Shown here: piece by piece, positions 31,270 to 43,483 of the stretch
Layout of the letters: every line of letters starts with the position of its first letter
How positions within the stretch are numbered: the first letter of the stretch is position 1
Source of the DNA: an uncultured Actinomycetota bacterium
GTDB lineage: Bacteria > Actinomycetota > Actinomycetes > Actinomycetales > Microbacteriaceae
Direction: 5' to 3'
Assembly: GCA_963790235.1 (NCBI GenBank)
Contig: CAWBNZ010000018.1
Location: forward strand, 47,060-111,059
Length of the DNA: 64,000 nt
The notes under the pieces: generated by a model
The model's database searches: none
Told to the model about the DNA's origin: nothing
The model's input: only the letters and a program-made list of their open reading frames with translations
Translations under genes and position numbers: made by a program

Positions 31270-31734
31270 ATGTCGAAGATCACCCCATTCCTCTGGTTCG
31301 ACTCCCAGCTCGAGGAGGCGCTCGAGCTGTACGGTCGGGTGTTCCCGGACGTCACGGTGCAGAGTCGCGTCAACGGACCCGACGGCACGCTGTTCTGGGG
31401 CGAGTTCGAGATCGCCGGGCAGCCGTTCAAGGCGATGAACGCGGGGCCGTCGCATCCATTCACCGAAGCGGTGTCGTTCTGGATCGACTGCGAGGACCAG
31501 GCCGAGGTCGACCACTACTGGGATGCGCTCACCGCCGACGGCGGCCGCGAGGACCAGTGCGGTTGGTTGAAGGACAAGTTCGGCGTCTCGTGGCAGGTCG
31601 TGCCGTTCGCGGCGATGAACGCGACGGTCTAGCGGCCCCGACCCCGAGGGCGTCCGCGCGCGCGATGCAGGTGATGCTGCGGCTCGCGCAAGCTCGTGAT
31701 CGCTGAGCTCGAGGCGGCCTACCGCGGGGAGTAG
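31270..31734 (+). CDS. VOC/PhnB-like (3-demethylubiquinone-9 3-methyltransferase family) protein, frameshifted near the C-terminus
   Basis: MSKITPFLWFD, MNAGP...FTEAVSF, QAEVDHYWDAL, QCGWLKDKFGVSWQVVP, later [14 protein letters not shown]. Confidence 0.85.
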
Positions 31735-33187
31735 TGCCGTCGGCGCCGCCCTGACCGGCGCGCGGGCCGTCCGCGACGCTGATCGCGAGGGCGGCCATGC
31801 CGGGGATGGATGCCGTGAAGGTGCCGTCCCCGGCCACCACGATGTCACCGCCCGAGATCGCGTCGACGTAGGTGCCCGGGGCGAGGCTGGTCTCGAAGGT
31901 CCGCTCGAGCGTGTCCGTGCCGGCGTTGAGCACGACGAACCCGTAGTCGCCGCGGCCGAAGGCGTAGGAGTACGAGTCGCTCCATTCGTCGGTGACGGGG
32001 GCGTTGCCCACGGCGGAGCGCCACGCGAGCATGCCACGGATCTCCGGCCAGCGGTCGCTGCAGGTCCACTCGGTGGCGGCGAATGGTGGGGCGGCGCGGT
32101 CGGCCGCGCAGTCGGCGCACTCGACGGGGAGGACGCGGCCGGCGTCATCCTGCTGCGGTCCGGCGTCGGTCGACTCGAAGCGCGTAGCCCGAGTAGAGCA
32201 CGGGGGTGCCGTAGGGCTGCGCGAGCAGGAACGACATTGGCAAGCAGGTACGCGTCGCCGTCGGCTTGCGACAGTGTCTCGCCGTTGCGCTCGGTGTCGT
32301 GGTTGTCGACGAACACGATCGCGTCGTCGCTCGCGAGGTAGCCGAACTCCTCGCCGAAGGTCATCCCCTGGTTGAGCGTCGCGGACTCGACCATCGACTT
32401 CAGGTCGCGCGCGAACCCGAACTCGAACACCTGCCCGCTGCCGAGGTACTGCTCCGGCGTGATCGGCTCACCGGCGCCGCGGATCACCTCGCTGCAGGAT
32501 GCGGGTGCCCTCGGGCAGCGCGTCGACGATGGCCGCGACATCCTCCGCGGGCATGTGCTTGGCCGCGTCGATGCGGAAGCCCGCGACGCCGAGGGAGAGC
32601 AGGTCGTCGAGGTAGGCGACGATCGTGTCGCGCACGTGCGGGCTCGCGGTGTCGAGATCGGCGAGGTTGACGAGCTCGCAGGTCTGCACCTCGGCGGCGT
32701 CGTCGTAGTCCTGGATGTCGCCGCTCACGCTCTCGGTGCAGTGGTGGAAGTCCTCCGGCGCATATATGCCGGGATAGGCATAGTGCTCGAACGAGGATCC
32801 GGCGACGCCGACACCCGGCGTCTCCTGCCCGGTCATGTGGTTGATCACGGCGTCGGCGATCACCTCGACGCCGGCGTCGGCGCACGTCGCGACCATCGCC
32901 GCGAACTCGTCGCGCGTGCCGAGCTTCGACTCGATGAGGTAGCTCACCGGCTGGTAGCTCGTCCACCACTCGCCGGCCGGCGATGTGCTCGTTCGGCGGA
33001 CTCGTGAGCACCCACGCGATGCCCGCCGGTCCGAGCTCGTCGGTGCACTCGGACGCGATCGAGGTCCACGGCCACTGGAACAGCTGGATGCCGACGTCGT
33101 GCGACTCCATCGGCGCCGGCGCACTCGCGGTGGCGTGCACCCGGCGAGCAGCAGCACGGCGACGGCGACCGCGGCGGCGCGCTTCAC
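31730..33187 (-). CDS. Alpha-amylase (GH13) lipoprotein, multiple frameshifts; 3' end approximate
   Basis: Lipobox LLLAGC; [57 protein letters not shown]. Confidence 0.85.
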
Positions 33188-33526
33188 GGAGTGCCTCGCG
33201 ACCGAGAGATCGACCCGGAACACGTCGTTCGCGCCCCACTTCAGCGGCGTGCCCTCGGCGCGGTAGTGCTCGAGCGCGCGCGACTCGTGGTCGACCGCGG
33301 GATGCCCCGACGCCCGCACCACGCGCCACCACGGCACCTCCGACCCGTAGTAGGCCATGACCATGCCGACCGCGCGGGGAGCCCGGCTGCCGATCGCCGC
33401 GGCGACGTCGCCGTACGCCATCGCGCGCCCTTCGGGGATGGAGGCGACGACCTCGAGCACCCGGCTCACGAAGTCCTGATCGCCGGTGGCGGCCGGTGTC
33501 TGGCTCTCCGGCTCTGGTCGCGTCAC
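33184..33526 (-). CDS. MGMT family alkyltransferase-like (Atl) protein
   Basis: [41 protein letters not shown] (Trp in place of the catalytic Cys). Confidence 0.85.
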
Positions 33527-33673
33527 CTGTCGAGCCTCAGGATCGTCTCCGCGTCGTCGTCGCGCACCTCGCGCGGCACCGCAGCGGGCGGAGCGGGCGG
33601 CATTCTCACACCGTACCGAACGGCCCCGACGCGGCGGCGAAGGCCGCGATCGCCCGCAGGGAGCGCACGGGAG

Positions 33674-33703
33674 TTGACGCAATGGCAACGTTTCCACGAT
33701 GAT
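33674..33703 (+). promoter_or_regulatory. Promoter with LacI-type operator upstream of GH5
   Basis: TTGACG followed by TGGCAACGTTTCCA (33683-33696), identical to the site at 36573. Confidence 0.75.
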
Positions 33704-33759
33704 GTCGACACGGCGCCGCTCAACCGGCACCGCTTCGCGACGATGCGAGAGGAGACCGG

Positions 33760-34875
33760 ATGCACGACGACCGCATGGCACACGCCTGGCAGACCGTCTC
33801 GGTCCAGCGACTCGCGCGCGGCGTGAACCTGAGCCACTGGTACGGGCAGGTCTACCGCGGACCCGGCTATGTGCCGGAGCACTTCGAGTCGTGGATGCGC
33901 GACGCCGACTTCGACCTGATCGTCGCGGCCGGCTTCGACCACGTTCGCTTCCCGATCGCGCTCGAGCAGCTCGCGCCGGACGGTGCGCTCGACCCGGCGT
34001 TCGCGGCGCGCACGGTCGCCGAGGTCGGCCGCCTGCATGCCGTGGGTCTCGCGGTGATCGTCGACGGGCATCCAGAACTCGACTTCCGCCGGGCGCTCGT
34101 CGAGCGACCGACCGCGCGCGATCAGTTCGTCGCCCTCTGGCGCGACTTCGCCAGCACGCTGGCCGACCTGCCGACGAGCCACACGGCATTCGAGCTGCTG
34201 AACGAACCGGGTCTGGGCGATGCTGCGCTCTGGAACACCCTCGCTCTGCGCGCGATCACGGCGATCCGCGAGGTCGCTCCCGACCACACGATCGTCATGT
34301 CGGGCGACGGCTACTCCGACATCGCCGAACTCATCCAGGTGGATGTCGCGACCTGCCGCCGAACGTCGTGCTCAACCTGCACCACTACGAGCCGACCGCC
34401 ATCACCCACCAGGGCGCCTACTTCACGACGGATGACGTGCGAGCGATCTCCGACCTGCAGTACCCACTGGACGTGCGCAACGCCGCACGCGTGCCTCGTC
34501 CACGGCGCACGGCGGGCGGCCGCGCGCACCAAGGACTATGTGCGAGCCGGTTGGTCGCTCGAGACCTATCGCGGCATCTTCCGGGCGGCCGCCGAGTTCG
34601 CCGGCACCCGTCCGTTGACGTGCAACGAGTTCGGCGTGTTCAACGGCGCCCCGGCAGACGAGGCTCGAGTGGTGCGCTGACATCGTCACGGCAATGGAGG
34701 AGACTGGCATCGGCTGGACCATCTGGGACTACGCGGGCGACTTCGCCGTCACGCTCGGTGAGCCGGGCAACCGTGAACCCGATGCCGAGTTGCTCGCGCG
34801 ACTCGGGTTGGGCGACGGCGGTCCGACGCTGACGCCGAACGCCGCCGAGTCGGGGGCGACAGACGATGGGAATGA
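33760..34875 (+). CDS. Glycoside hydrolase family 5 (no signal peptide), frameshifted; 3' end approximate
   Basis: [23 protein letters not shown] (acid/base), HHYEP..ITHQGA, NEFGV (nucleophile), GWTIWDY. Confidence 0.85.
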
Positions 34876-35482
34876 CGATGCAGATCAATCCGGACAGCAG
34901 GGTGCTGCACGGGTTGTCGACCTTCCTCGCGTTCGTCGGCCTGAACGCGCTGTTCCTCGTGTGCTGCCTTCCCGTGGTCACGATTCCGGCGGCGACGAGC
35001 GCGCTGCTCCGGGTGACGATCCGGTACGCCGACGACGAACTCGGGCGGCCGTTCCGCGACTTCCTCCCGTTCTTGGCCAGCGGCTTCCTGAAGGCGACCG
35101 CGGTGGGATTCGCGTTCCTGCTGCCCGGGTGCGGCCTCGCGTTCAGCGCGGTGTTCTGGTTTCGGCGGAGACGGTCGTCGGCGCCATCGCCGGCGCCTTC
35201 GCGGTGCTCGCGACGGTCGCGGCGTTCGCGGCGTTCCTGTACGGGATGGCCCTGGTCGCGCAGTACCGCGACACGGTCGGGCGCACCATCCGCAATGCGC
35301 TCCTGTTTCCCGCCGCCGAACCGGTGCGCACGATCGGCATCGTGGTCATCCCGGTGACCGCGATCTGCCTCGTGATGATCTTTCCGGCGTTCGTCGTGCT
35401 CCTGCTCACGGTCGGCTGCTCGGTCGGGGCATACCTCGCCGCGATGATCTTCCGCAGCGTGTTCGCGCGGCGCACGACATGA
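34866..35482 (+). CDS. YesL/DUF624 family membrane protein (frameshift near 35165)
   Basis: LNALFLVCCLPVVTIPAATSAL, TIRNALL; family typical of sugar ABC loci. Confidence 0.8.
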
Positions 35483-35516
35483 TGGGCATGTGGATGAACG
35501 AGCCGATCGGAACGGC

Positions 35517-36568
35517 ATGACCGACACGCAGCGCACGAGGGCGCCGAGCATGGTCGACGTCGCCCGGGAGGCCGGCGTCGGGCTCGTCACGGTGAGTCGC
35601 GTGCTGAACGAGCCGGACGTGGTGCGTCCCGAGACCAGGCTGAGGGTGCAGGCCGCGATCGAGCGGCTGGGGTACCGGCGCAACGACCTCGCTCGCGCAC
35701 TCAAGAGTGGTCGCTCGAACACGATCGGCGTCGTGATCGCGGGCTCGGATCCATGGGAACTGCCACGCACCCTCAAGGGTGTCGAGCAGGCCGCGGATCA
35801 GGCCGGCTACTTCGTGAACCTCGCGAGCTTCCAGGGAGGTTCGAGCGAGACGCTGCTGGCCGCGGTGGAACGGCTCGTGAACCAGGCCGTCGAGGGCATC
35901 GCCGTGATCTCCGACCGACCGCTGATCGTCGACGCGCTCGAACGAATGGTCACGCGGGTGCCGATCACGGTGGTCATGTCCGGCGAGATCACCAACCCGT
36001 CGATCGGCTCGATCGAACTCGACCAGGACCTCGGCGCCCGCATGGCCACCGAGCACCTGCTGCAGCTCGGGCATCGACGGATCATCCACCTCACCGGCCG
36101 ATTGGACGCCTTCGATGCGCGCGTGCGCCTCGCGAGCTGGCAGCGCGCGATGCAGGCCGCGGGCATTCTGATCCGCTGTACCTCGAGGGCGACTTCTCGC
36201 CCGCGAGCGGGTACCGGCTCACCCGTGAGGCGATGGCGCTGGCCGAGCGACCCACGGCCCTGTTTCTCGGCAACGACCACATGGCGATGGGCTCGCTTGC
36301 CGCGCTCGCGCATCTCGGCATCGACGTGCCCGGCGAGGTTTCGGTCGTCGGCTTCGACGACATCTGGGGCTCCGACTACCTCCTGCCGCCGCTCACCACG
36401 GTGCGGCAGGACTTCGTCGCGCTCGGTCGCACCTCGATCGAACTGCTGCTCGGAATGATGGCTTCCGATCCGGTGCGCCACCATCTTCTGCCTCCAACGC
36501 TCGTGGTCCGCGACAGCACGGGGCCCGGCACCGGTGTGAGATCCGATGGATGCCACGGTCGCACTTGA
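35517..36568 (+). CDS. LacI family regulator (frameshift near 36165)
   Basis: PSMVDVAREAGVGLVTVSRVLN, LGYRRNDLARAL, ND.MAMG, VPGEVSVVGFDD, PPLTTVRQDF. Confidence 0.92.
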
Positions 36569-36593
36569 CGAATGGCAACGTTTCCATCAGGAT
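36565..36593 (+). promoter_or_regulatory. Promoter with LacI-type operator for the ABC/yicI operon
   Basis: TTGACG-17 nt-CAGGAT with TGGCAACGTTTCCA (36573-36586) in the spacer. Confidence 0.8.
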
Positions 36594-36795
36594 GACAGAC
36601 ACCGCCCCCCGTAAGGGGTGACACCGTCGAAGGAGACGATCGTGGGTCGAATCACAGTTCCGGGCCGCAGCCGCGGGTCAAGCGCGTGCTGGAGCGTCGA
36701 GCCGAGAATCTCCGCGTGCGGGGCCCGGCCGTGACGAACTCGATCGTGCTGCAGGAGGCAACCGCGACGGCCCTCGAGTCGTCGGATGGCCCGCG

Positions 36796-37710
36796 ATGCG
36801 ACCACTGCGACGCAGCAAGAAGTCGGTTCGGCTGTTCCTGTACATCGTGCCGTTCCTCGTGCTGGTGTTCATCTTCTCCTACCTGCCGCTCTACGGCTGG
36901 ATCTTCACGCTCTACGACTACAAGCCCGCACTGGGCATCGGCGGCAGCGAGTTCGTCGGCACATTCTGGTTCGAGCTGATGGTGGGATCGCCGACGCAGA
37001 TCGCGCAGATCGGCCAGGTGCTGCTCAACACCCTCGCGATCAGCTTCCTCGGCATCGCGACCTCGGTGCTGCCGCTCATCTTCGCCCTCTTCCTCAACGA
37101 AGTGCGCGCACCATGGTTCCGCAACGCGGTGCAGACGCTCACGACCCTGCCGAACTTCATCTCGTGGGTGCTCGTCTACATGATCGCCTTCTCGCTGTTC
37201 TCGAGCAGCGGGCTGGTCAACCACACGCTGATCGACTCGGGACTGATCACCGCCCCGATGAAGTTCCTCGACAGCAACGACAACGTCTGGCTCACCATGA
37301 CGCTCTGGTCGGTCTGGAAGGGGCTCGGCTGGGGCGCGATCATCTACCTCGCCGCCATCTCGGGCATCGACCAGGCGCTCTACGAGTCGGCGCGCATCGA
37401 CGGTGCCGGCCGGTTCCAGATCATGCGGTACATCACCGTGCCGCAGCTGATGCCGACCTACCTCGTGCTGCTGCTGCTGTCGATCGCGAACCTGCTCAAC
37501 AACGGCATGGAGCAGTACTTCGTGTTCCAGAACGCGTTCAACAAGGAGTACATCCAGGTGCTCGACCTCTACGTCTACAACGTCGGCATCACGGGCAACA
37601 GCCTGTCGCTGGCGACGGCGATCGGCATGCTCAAGAGCCTGGTCTCCGTCGTGCTCCTGTTCACCGTCAACGGGATCGCCAAGCGCGTGCGCGGCGAGTC
37701 GATCGTCTAA
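36796..37710 (+). CDS. Carbohydrate ABC permease (LplB-like); start may lie upstream
   Basis: SYLPLYG, LPNFISWV, WKGLGWGAIIYLAAISGIDQALYESARIDGA. Confidence 0.92.
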   Translation: MRPLRRSKKSVRLFLYIVPFLVLVFIFSYLPLYGWIFTLYDYKPALGIGGSEFVGTFWFELMVGSPTQIAQIGQVLLNTLAISFLGIATSVLPLIFALFLNEVRAPWFRNAVQTLTTLPNFISWVLVYMIAFSLFSSSGLVNHTLIDSGLITAPMKFLDSNDNVWLTMTLWSVWKGLGWGAIIYLAAISGIDQALYESARIDGAGRFQIMRYITVPQLMPTYLVLLLLSIANLLNNGMEQYFVFQNAFNKEYIQVLDLYVYNVGITGNSLSLATAIGMLKSLVSVVLLFTVNGIAKRVRGESIV

Positions 37711-37721
37711 GGGACATCGGA

Positions 37722-38655
37722 ATGGTCACGACAACAGCCATCGAGTCGCCGAGCGGTCCCCGACCACCGGGCGGGCAACATCGTCTTCACCATCCTCAAC
37801 GGCATGGTGTTCGTCGCGCTCGCCGTCATCTGCGCGTATCCGTTCTACTTCCTGATCATCAACTCGATCAGTGCCAACGACCTGTCGGCGGCCGGCGACG
37901 TGCGGCTCTGGCCGCAGGGCATCCACTTCGAGAACTTCACCGAGGTGTTCGGGCTCAAGGGACTGCCGCTCGCGGCGGCGGTCAGCATCGGCCGCACCGT
38001 GATCGGCACGGCCGCCACGGTCATCGCGTCCGCGTTCCTCGGCTTCATGTTCACGCAGGACAAGATGTGGGGCCGCAAGTTCTGGTACCGGTTCGTGCTC
38101 ATCACGATGTACTTCAGCGCCGGTCTCATCCCGATCTTCCTGATCATCCGCGGGCTCGGCCTGACCAACAACTTCCTGGTCTACGTGCTGCCGTTCATCG
38201 TGCAGCCGTTCTTCATCATCCTCGTCAAGACATTCGTCGAGTCGATGCCGACCACCCTGCAGGAGGCGGCGGAGATCGACGGCGCGAGCATCCTGCAGGT
38301 CTTCTTCCGCATCTACCTGCCGAACATGACGCCCATCCTTGCGACGGTCGCGATCTTCTCCGCAGTGGCGCAGTGGAACATGTTCCAGGACACGCTCATC
38401 TACATCACCGACCAGAGCCTGTACACGCTGCAGTACCTGCTCTACATCTTCATCAACCAGGCGAACAGCCTCGCGCAGGCCGCGCAGAACTCCCAGGGCG
38501 ACATGTCGGAGATCGTCGCGGCGGCCACCTCGCAGACACCGACCTCGATCCGGGTCACCGTCTCGGTGCTCGTCGTGCTGCCCATCATCTTCATCTATCC
38601 CCTGTTTCAGCGGTTCTTCGTGAAGGGCATCATGCTCGGCGCGGTCAAGGGCTGA
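37722..38655 (+). CDS. Carbohydrate ABC permease (LplC-like; frameshift near the N-terminus)
   Basis: TMYFSAGLIP, LQEAAEIDGAS, AVAQWN, YPLFQRFFVKGIMLGAVKG. Confidence 0.92.
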
Positions 38656-38715
38656 AACGAGACCTGCACCATCGACAGCACCATCGAAAAACCCCTCCAT
38701 CGAAAGGAATCTGCA

Positions 38716-40471
38716 ATGAAGCTGAAGTCCAAGGCGGCCTTCGCCGTCGCTCTACTGCTCGCGGCGCCACTCGCCGCGTGCACGACCGGTGGCAACACGC
38801 CCGATGAAGTCGTCGAGGAGTTCCCGAGCTCGTGGGACAACGAGATCACGATCGACGTGTTCGACGGGTACGCGAACTTCCAGGGCATGCAAGAGGGCTG
38901 GTTCGCGAAGATCGTGCACGACAAGTTCAACATGAAGTTGAACATCATCGCCCCGAACGTCGCGGGCGGTGGCGACACCCTCTACAACACCCGGGTCTCG
39001 GCCGGAGACCTCGGCGACCTCATCCTGGTGAACCGAGGCATGCAGACGGACGAGCTGATCGAGGGCGGGCTCGTGCTCGACTCGCCAACTACGAGCCGGC
39101 CATGGACAACGTCGGTGCGTACGACCTGGCCGTCGAGCACAGCAACGAGGGCAAGGACGGCACGTTCATGGTGCCGACGTCGCTGTCGAGCATCCCGCCG
39201 GACCAGCCGTCGGAGGGTCTCGACCCGACCTTCGGCCCCTACGTGCGCTGGGACTACTACGCCGAACTCGGCTACCCCGAGATCGGCACGCTCGAGGACC
39301 TGCTGCCGCTGCTGAAGGACATGCAGGACGCCCACCCCACGACTGCCGACGGCAAGCCGGTCTACGGCCTCTCGCTGTTCAAGGACTGGGACGGCAACAT
39401 GATGACGATGGCGAAGCAGCCCACGTGCTTCTACGGGTTCGACGAGCTGGGCTTCGTGCTCGCGCAGGCCGACGGCTCCGAGTACCAGAGCATCATCGAC
39501 GACGACAGCGCCTACGTGCGCAGCCTGAAGTTCTTCTACGAGGCGAACCAGATGGGGCTCGTCGACCCGGAGTCGACCACGCAGAACTACGACACCATGT
39601 ACGCCAAGTATCCAGACCGGCCAGGTGCTGTTCTCGCCGTGGCCGTGGCTCGGACAGGCGGCGTTCAACACCGACGAGCATCTGCAGGCTGGCCAGGGAT
39701 TCGAGATTCTGCCCATGGCGGACCAGAAGATCTTCTCGTTCGGCGCTGAGGCGTACGGCGGCAAGGCCAGCTGGCTGATCGGTTCGAAGGCCGAAGACCC
39801 GGAGCGCATCGCTGCGTTCATCGACTGGCTCTACTCGCCGGAGGGTGCCTACGCGAACGCCGCCCAGACCGGTGGCACCACGGGCCCCGAGGGTCTCACC
39901 TGGGAGGTCAACGCCGATGGTGAGCCCGAGCTCACCGAGCTTGGCAAGCAGATCTTCCTCACCGGCGACGGCGACATCCCCGAGGAGTGGGGTGGCGGCA
40001 AGTGGAGAGGCCGGCGGTTCGACGCTGAACATGACGTCGATCCTGGCCAAGGACATCGATCCGAACACGGGCTTCCCGTACAGCTACAAGTTCTGGCCGA
40101 CGTGGCAGGAAGCCACCGTCAACCCGCTGACCGATGACTGGTCGGCCCACATGGATGACGCGACGAGCACGATGGAGTACCTCGAGGCGAATGACATGAT
40201 CACGGTCGGGGCCGGGGCGAGCTATGCCGCGCCCGCTGACAGCTCGGAGATCGAGACCCTGCGCAATCAGGTGAAGGCGATCATCATCCAGTACTCGTGG
40301 CAGATGTCCTTCGCGGCCGACGAGGCCGAGTTCGACTCGCTGCTCAAGGAGATGCAGGAGAAGGCGGTCGGTCTCGGCTACGACCAGGTCTACGAGTTCG
40401 ACCTCGAGAACGCGAAGGCGCAGACCGAAGCGCGCGTCGACGTCGTCAAGGCATTCGACACCGAGGGCTGA
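38716..40471 (+). CDS. Carbohydrate ABC substrate-binding lipoprotein (three frameshifts)
   Basis: Lipobox PLAAC; WFAKIVHDKFNMKLNII, YVRWDYYAELGYP, GLVDPES, IGSKAEDPERI. Confidence 0.88.
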
Positions 40472-40486
40472 CACCGAAGCTGAAGG

Positions 40487-40518
40487 ATCGGGCCGGGGTC
40501 GCGTGGACCCCGGCCCGG
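40487..40518 (+). terminator. Stem-loop after SBP gene (terminator or mRNA stabiliser)
   Basis: CGGGCCGGGGTC-GCGTG-GACCCCGGCCCG. Confidence 0.55.
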
Positions 40519-40578
40519 TGCTCGTGGCGTCCGGCCGCGCGCACGAATAGGAATCGAGAGCCCGGAGGGCGAAACGCA

Positions 40579-42863
40579 ATGAAGTTCACTGACGGCTTCT
40601 GGATGCTCCGGCACGGCGTGACCGCGCACGTGGCCAAGGAGACGTACCGGATCTCGACCACGCCGACCGGCATCCGCGCGCTCGCGCCGACGAAGGTCGT
40701 CGCGCACCGCGGAGACACGCTGGGCCTGCCGACCCTCACCGTGTCGATCAGCTCGCCCTCCGAAGGCGTGGTGCGGGTGCGGATCGACCACTTCCGCGGC
40801 GGCAGTGAGGTGCCCCGGTTCGTCGGACCGCTCGAGATCGACGACGTGCATCATCGAGGAGTCGGATGACGCGGTCAGCCTCACCACGGGCGGGCTCACC
40901 GCGCGCCTGCAGCGCGGTGCGCCGTGGTCGCTCGCCTTCGAGCTCGACGGCGAGACGATCGTCTCGAGCGGCGCGAACTCGATCGCGCACATCACGCTGG
41001 CTGGCGATGCCGCCGTCGAAGCGCATCCGTCGCCGACCTACGACGAGCTACGTGCGAGAGCGGTTGAGCCTGGGCGTCGGCGAGGTCATCTACGGACTCG
41101 GCGAACGCTTCGGCCCGGTCGTGCGCAACGGGCAGCGCGTCGACATCTGGAATGCCGATGGTGGCACGGCGAGCGAGCAGGCGTACAAGAACGTGCCGTT
41201 CTACGTCAGCAATCGCGGCTACGGCGTGCTCGTCAATGACCCGGGTCCGGTCTCGTTCGAGGTCGGCTCGGAGGCCGTCGAGAGCGTGCAGCTGTCGGTG
41301 CCGGGGGAGAGCCTCGAGTACTTCGTGATCGCCGGCCCAACTCCAGCCGACGTCATCGATCGCTACACGCGGCTCACCGGTCGTCCGACCACGGTGCCGG
41401 CGTGGTCCTACGGGCTGTGGCTGTCGACGAGCTTCACCACCGACTACGACGAAGACACCGTCACATCGTTCGTTTCGGGGATGGCTGACCGCGGCATCCC
41501 GCTGTCGGTGTTCCATTTCGACTGCTTCTGGATGCGCGGGTTCCAGTGGACCGACTTCATCTGGGATCCCGAGGTCTTCCCCGATCCCGAAGGCATGCTC
41601 GCGAGGCTGCGGGAACGCGGCCTGCACATCTGCGTCTGGATCAACCCGTACATCGCGCAGGAGTCCACGCTGTTCGACGAGGCCAAGGCGGCCGGCTACC
41701 TGCTGCGACGAGTGGATGGCGCGGTCTGGCAGTCCGACGGATGGCAGGCGGGCATGGGCGTCGTCGACTTCACCAACCCGGCGCCACGCGGTGGTACCAG
41801 GACAAGCTGCGGGCTGCTGCTCGCGCAGGGCGTCGACTCGTTCAAGACGGACTTCGGCGAGCGCATCCCCACCGACGTCACCTACTTCGACGGCAGCGAC
41901 CCGGTGCGCATGCACAACCTCTACGCGCAGCGCTACAACCAGGCGGTCGTGGACGTGCTCACCGAGGTGCGCGGCGCCGGCGAGGCGGTCGTGTTCGCCC
42001 GAGCCGCGACGGCCGGCGGGCAGTCGCTGCCGGTGCACTGGGGCGGCGACTCCACTTCGACGTACGAGTCGATGGCGGAGACGCTGCGCGGCGGACTCTC
42101 GCTCGCGTGGTCGGGCTTCGCGTTCTGGAGCCACGACATCGGCGGGTTCGAGGGTATGCCCGACGCCGGCGTGTTCAAGCGGTGGCTGCAGTTCGGCCTG
42201 CTGTCGAGTCACAGCCGCCTGCACGCATCCGGCACCTACCGGGTGCCGTGGGCGTTCGACGAGGAGTCGGTGGTGGTCGCTCGCCGATTCACCGAACTCA
42301 AACTGCGGCTGATGCCCTACCTTTACGGACTCGGCGACCTCGCCGCACGAACCGGTGCTCCGCTGCTGCGACCGATGGCGTTCGAGTTTCCCGACGACCC
42401 ATCGACCGAGCACCTCGACCGGCAGTACATGCTCGGACCCGACCTGCTCGTCGCGCCGGTCTTCCGCGCCGATGGCAGCGTGCGGTTCTACCTGCCGGAG
42501 GGCACGTGGCACCATCTGCTCACCGGCGAGGCGGTCGAAGGCGGCCGGTGGCACACCGAGACGCACGACTTCCTCTCGCTGCCGCTGTACGTGCGCGAGG
42601 GGCCGTCATCCCGACCGGCGGTCGGGCCGATCGACCGGACTACGACTACCTCGACGGACTCGAGCTGCTCGTCACGCCGAGCGGGACCGAGCGGCGACGC
42701 ACGGTCGAGGTGGTCACGCCGGATGGCACGCGAGCGGAGTTCGTGGTGGAGTGGGATGCCGCCGGCATCCACGTCACCGGAGCCGGACGGCAACTGGTCG
42801 GTGCGCGCGGTCGGCGGCGACCCCGTGCCGAACGTCTCCGGCGCGGCGCACCTGGCGGGCTGA
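40579..42863 (+). CDS. yicI: Alpha-xylosidase, GH31 (YicI-like), multiple frameshifts
   Basis: [65 protein letters not shown]. Confidence 0.93.
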
Positions 42864-42901
42864 CGCATGGGCGGATCGCACGCAGCGTCGTCGTCGCCGG
42901 G

Positions 42902-43355
42902 CTAGAGCTTCGAGCACGCCGAGGTTCTCGCCGTACTGGGTCTGGCCCTCGATGACGAACCCGATCCGAGGAAGAACTCCTCAGGGCCCTGCTCGCCCGG
43001 CTCCCAGAGCGCGGTGAGGCGGGTGAAGCCACGGCTCTTCGCCTCGGCCGCGAGGGCGAGCACGGCGAAGCGGCCGACACCGGTGCCCTGCGCATCCGAC
43101 GCGACGGTCACGCGCCACACGCAGCTGCGGAACTCCTCCTGCGTCGCCTCGGGGTCGAAGTTGCCGCGGATGAAGCCGACGACCTTCTCACCGTCGAGCA
43201 CGACGCGCGGCCATGACGTAAGTCGGGTTGATGGTGGCGTCGGCGATCGCGTACGACGGCGGAGTCACGAACTGCTCCTGGCCGCGCCGCAGGGTGAGGT
43301 TGTTCGCCGCGACGATGGTCTTGGCGGACAGTTCTTCAAGTCTGAGATCGGCCAT
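42902..43355 (-). CDS. GNAT family N-acetyltransferase (frameshifted)
   Basis: MADLRLEELSAKTIVAANNLTLRRGQEQF + WRVTVASDAQGTGVGRFAV, GPEEFF. Confidence 0.8.
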
Positions 43356-43390
43356 GCTGACAGGCTAACGCGACCGTGCGTCCTCGTGGC

Positions 43391-43416
43391 AAAGTATCTC
43401 GACGTCAAGATACTTT
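43391..43416. promoter_or_regulatory. TamR-like palindromic operator upstream of icd
   Basis: Near-perfect 26-bp palindrome AAAGTATCTCGACGTCAAGATACTTT. Confidence 0.7.
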
Positions 43417-43483
43417 CGTCGTTCCGTGTGTAGGATTGATCCGGCTCAAGGAGAGACCTGTGCTTCAGGGAAGGCAACACCAC

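Noticed and set aside
32468-34189. Apparent Atl-amylase fusion protein
   Set aside because: Region is full of indels; the amylase has its own signal peptide and lipobox at a GTGA overlap
34694-35482. Apparent GH5-YesL fusion
   Set aside because: Joined by low-complexity off-frame sequence; explained by frameshifts
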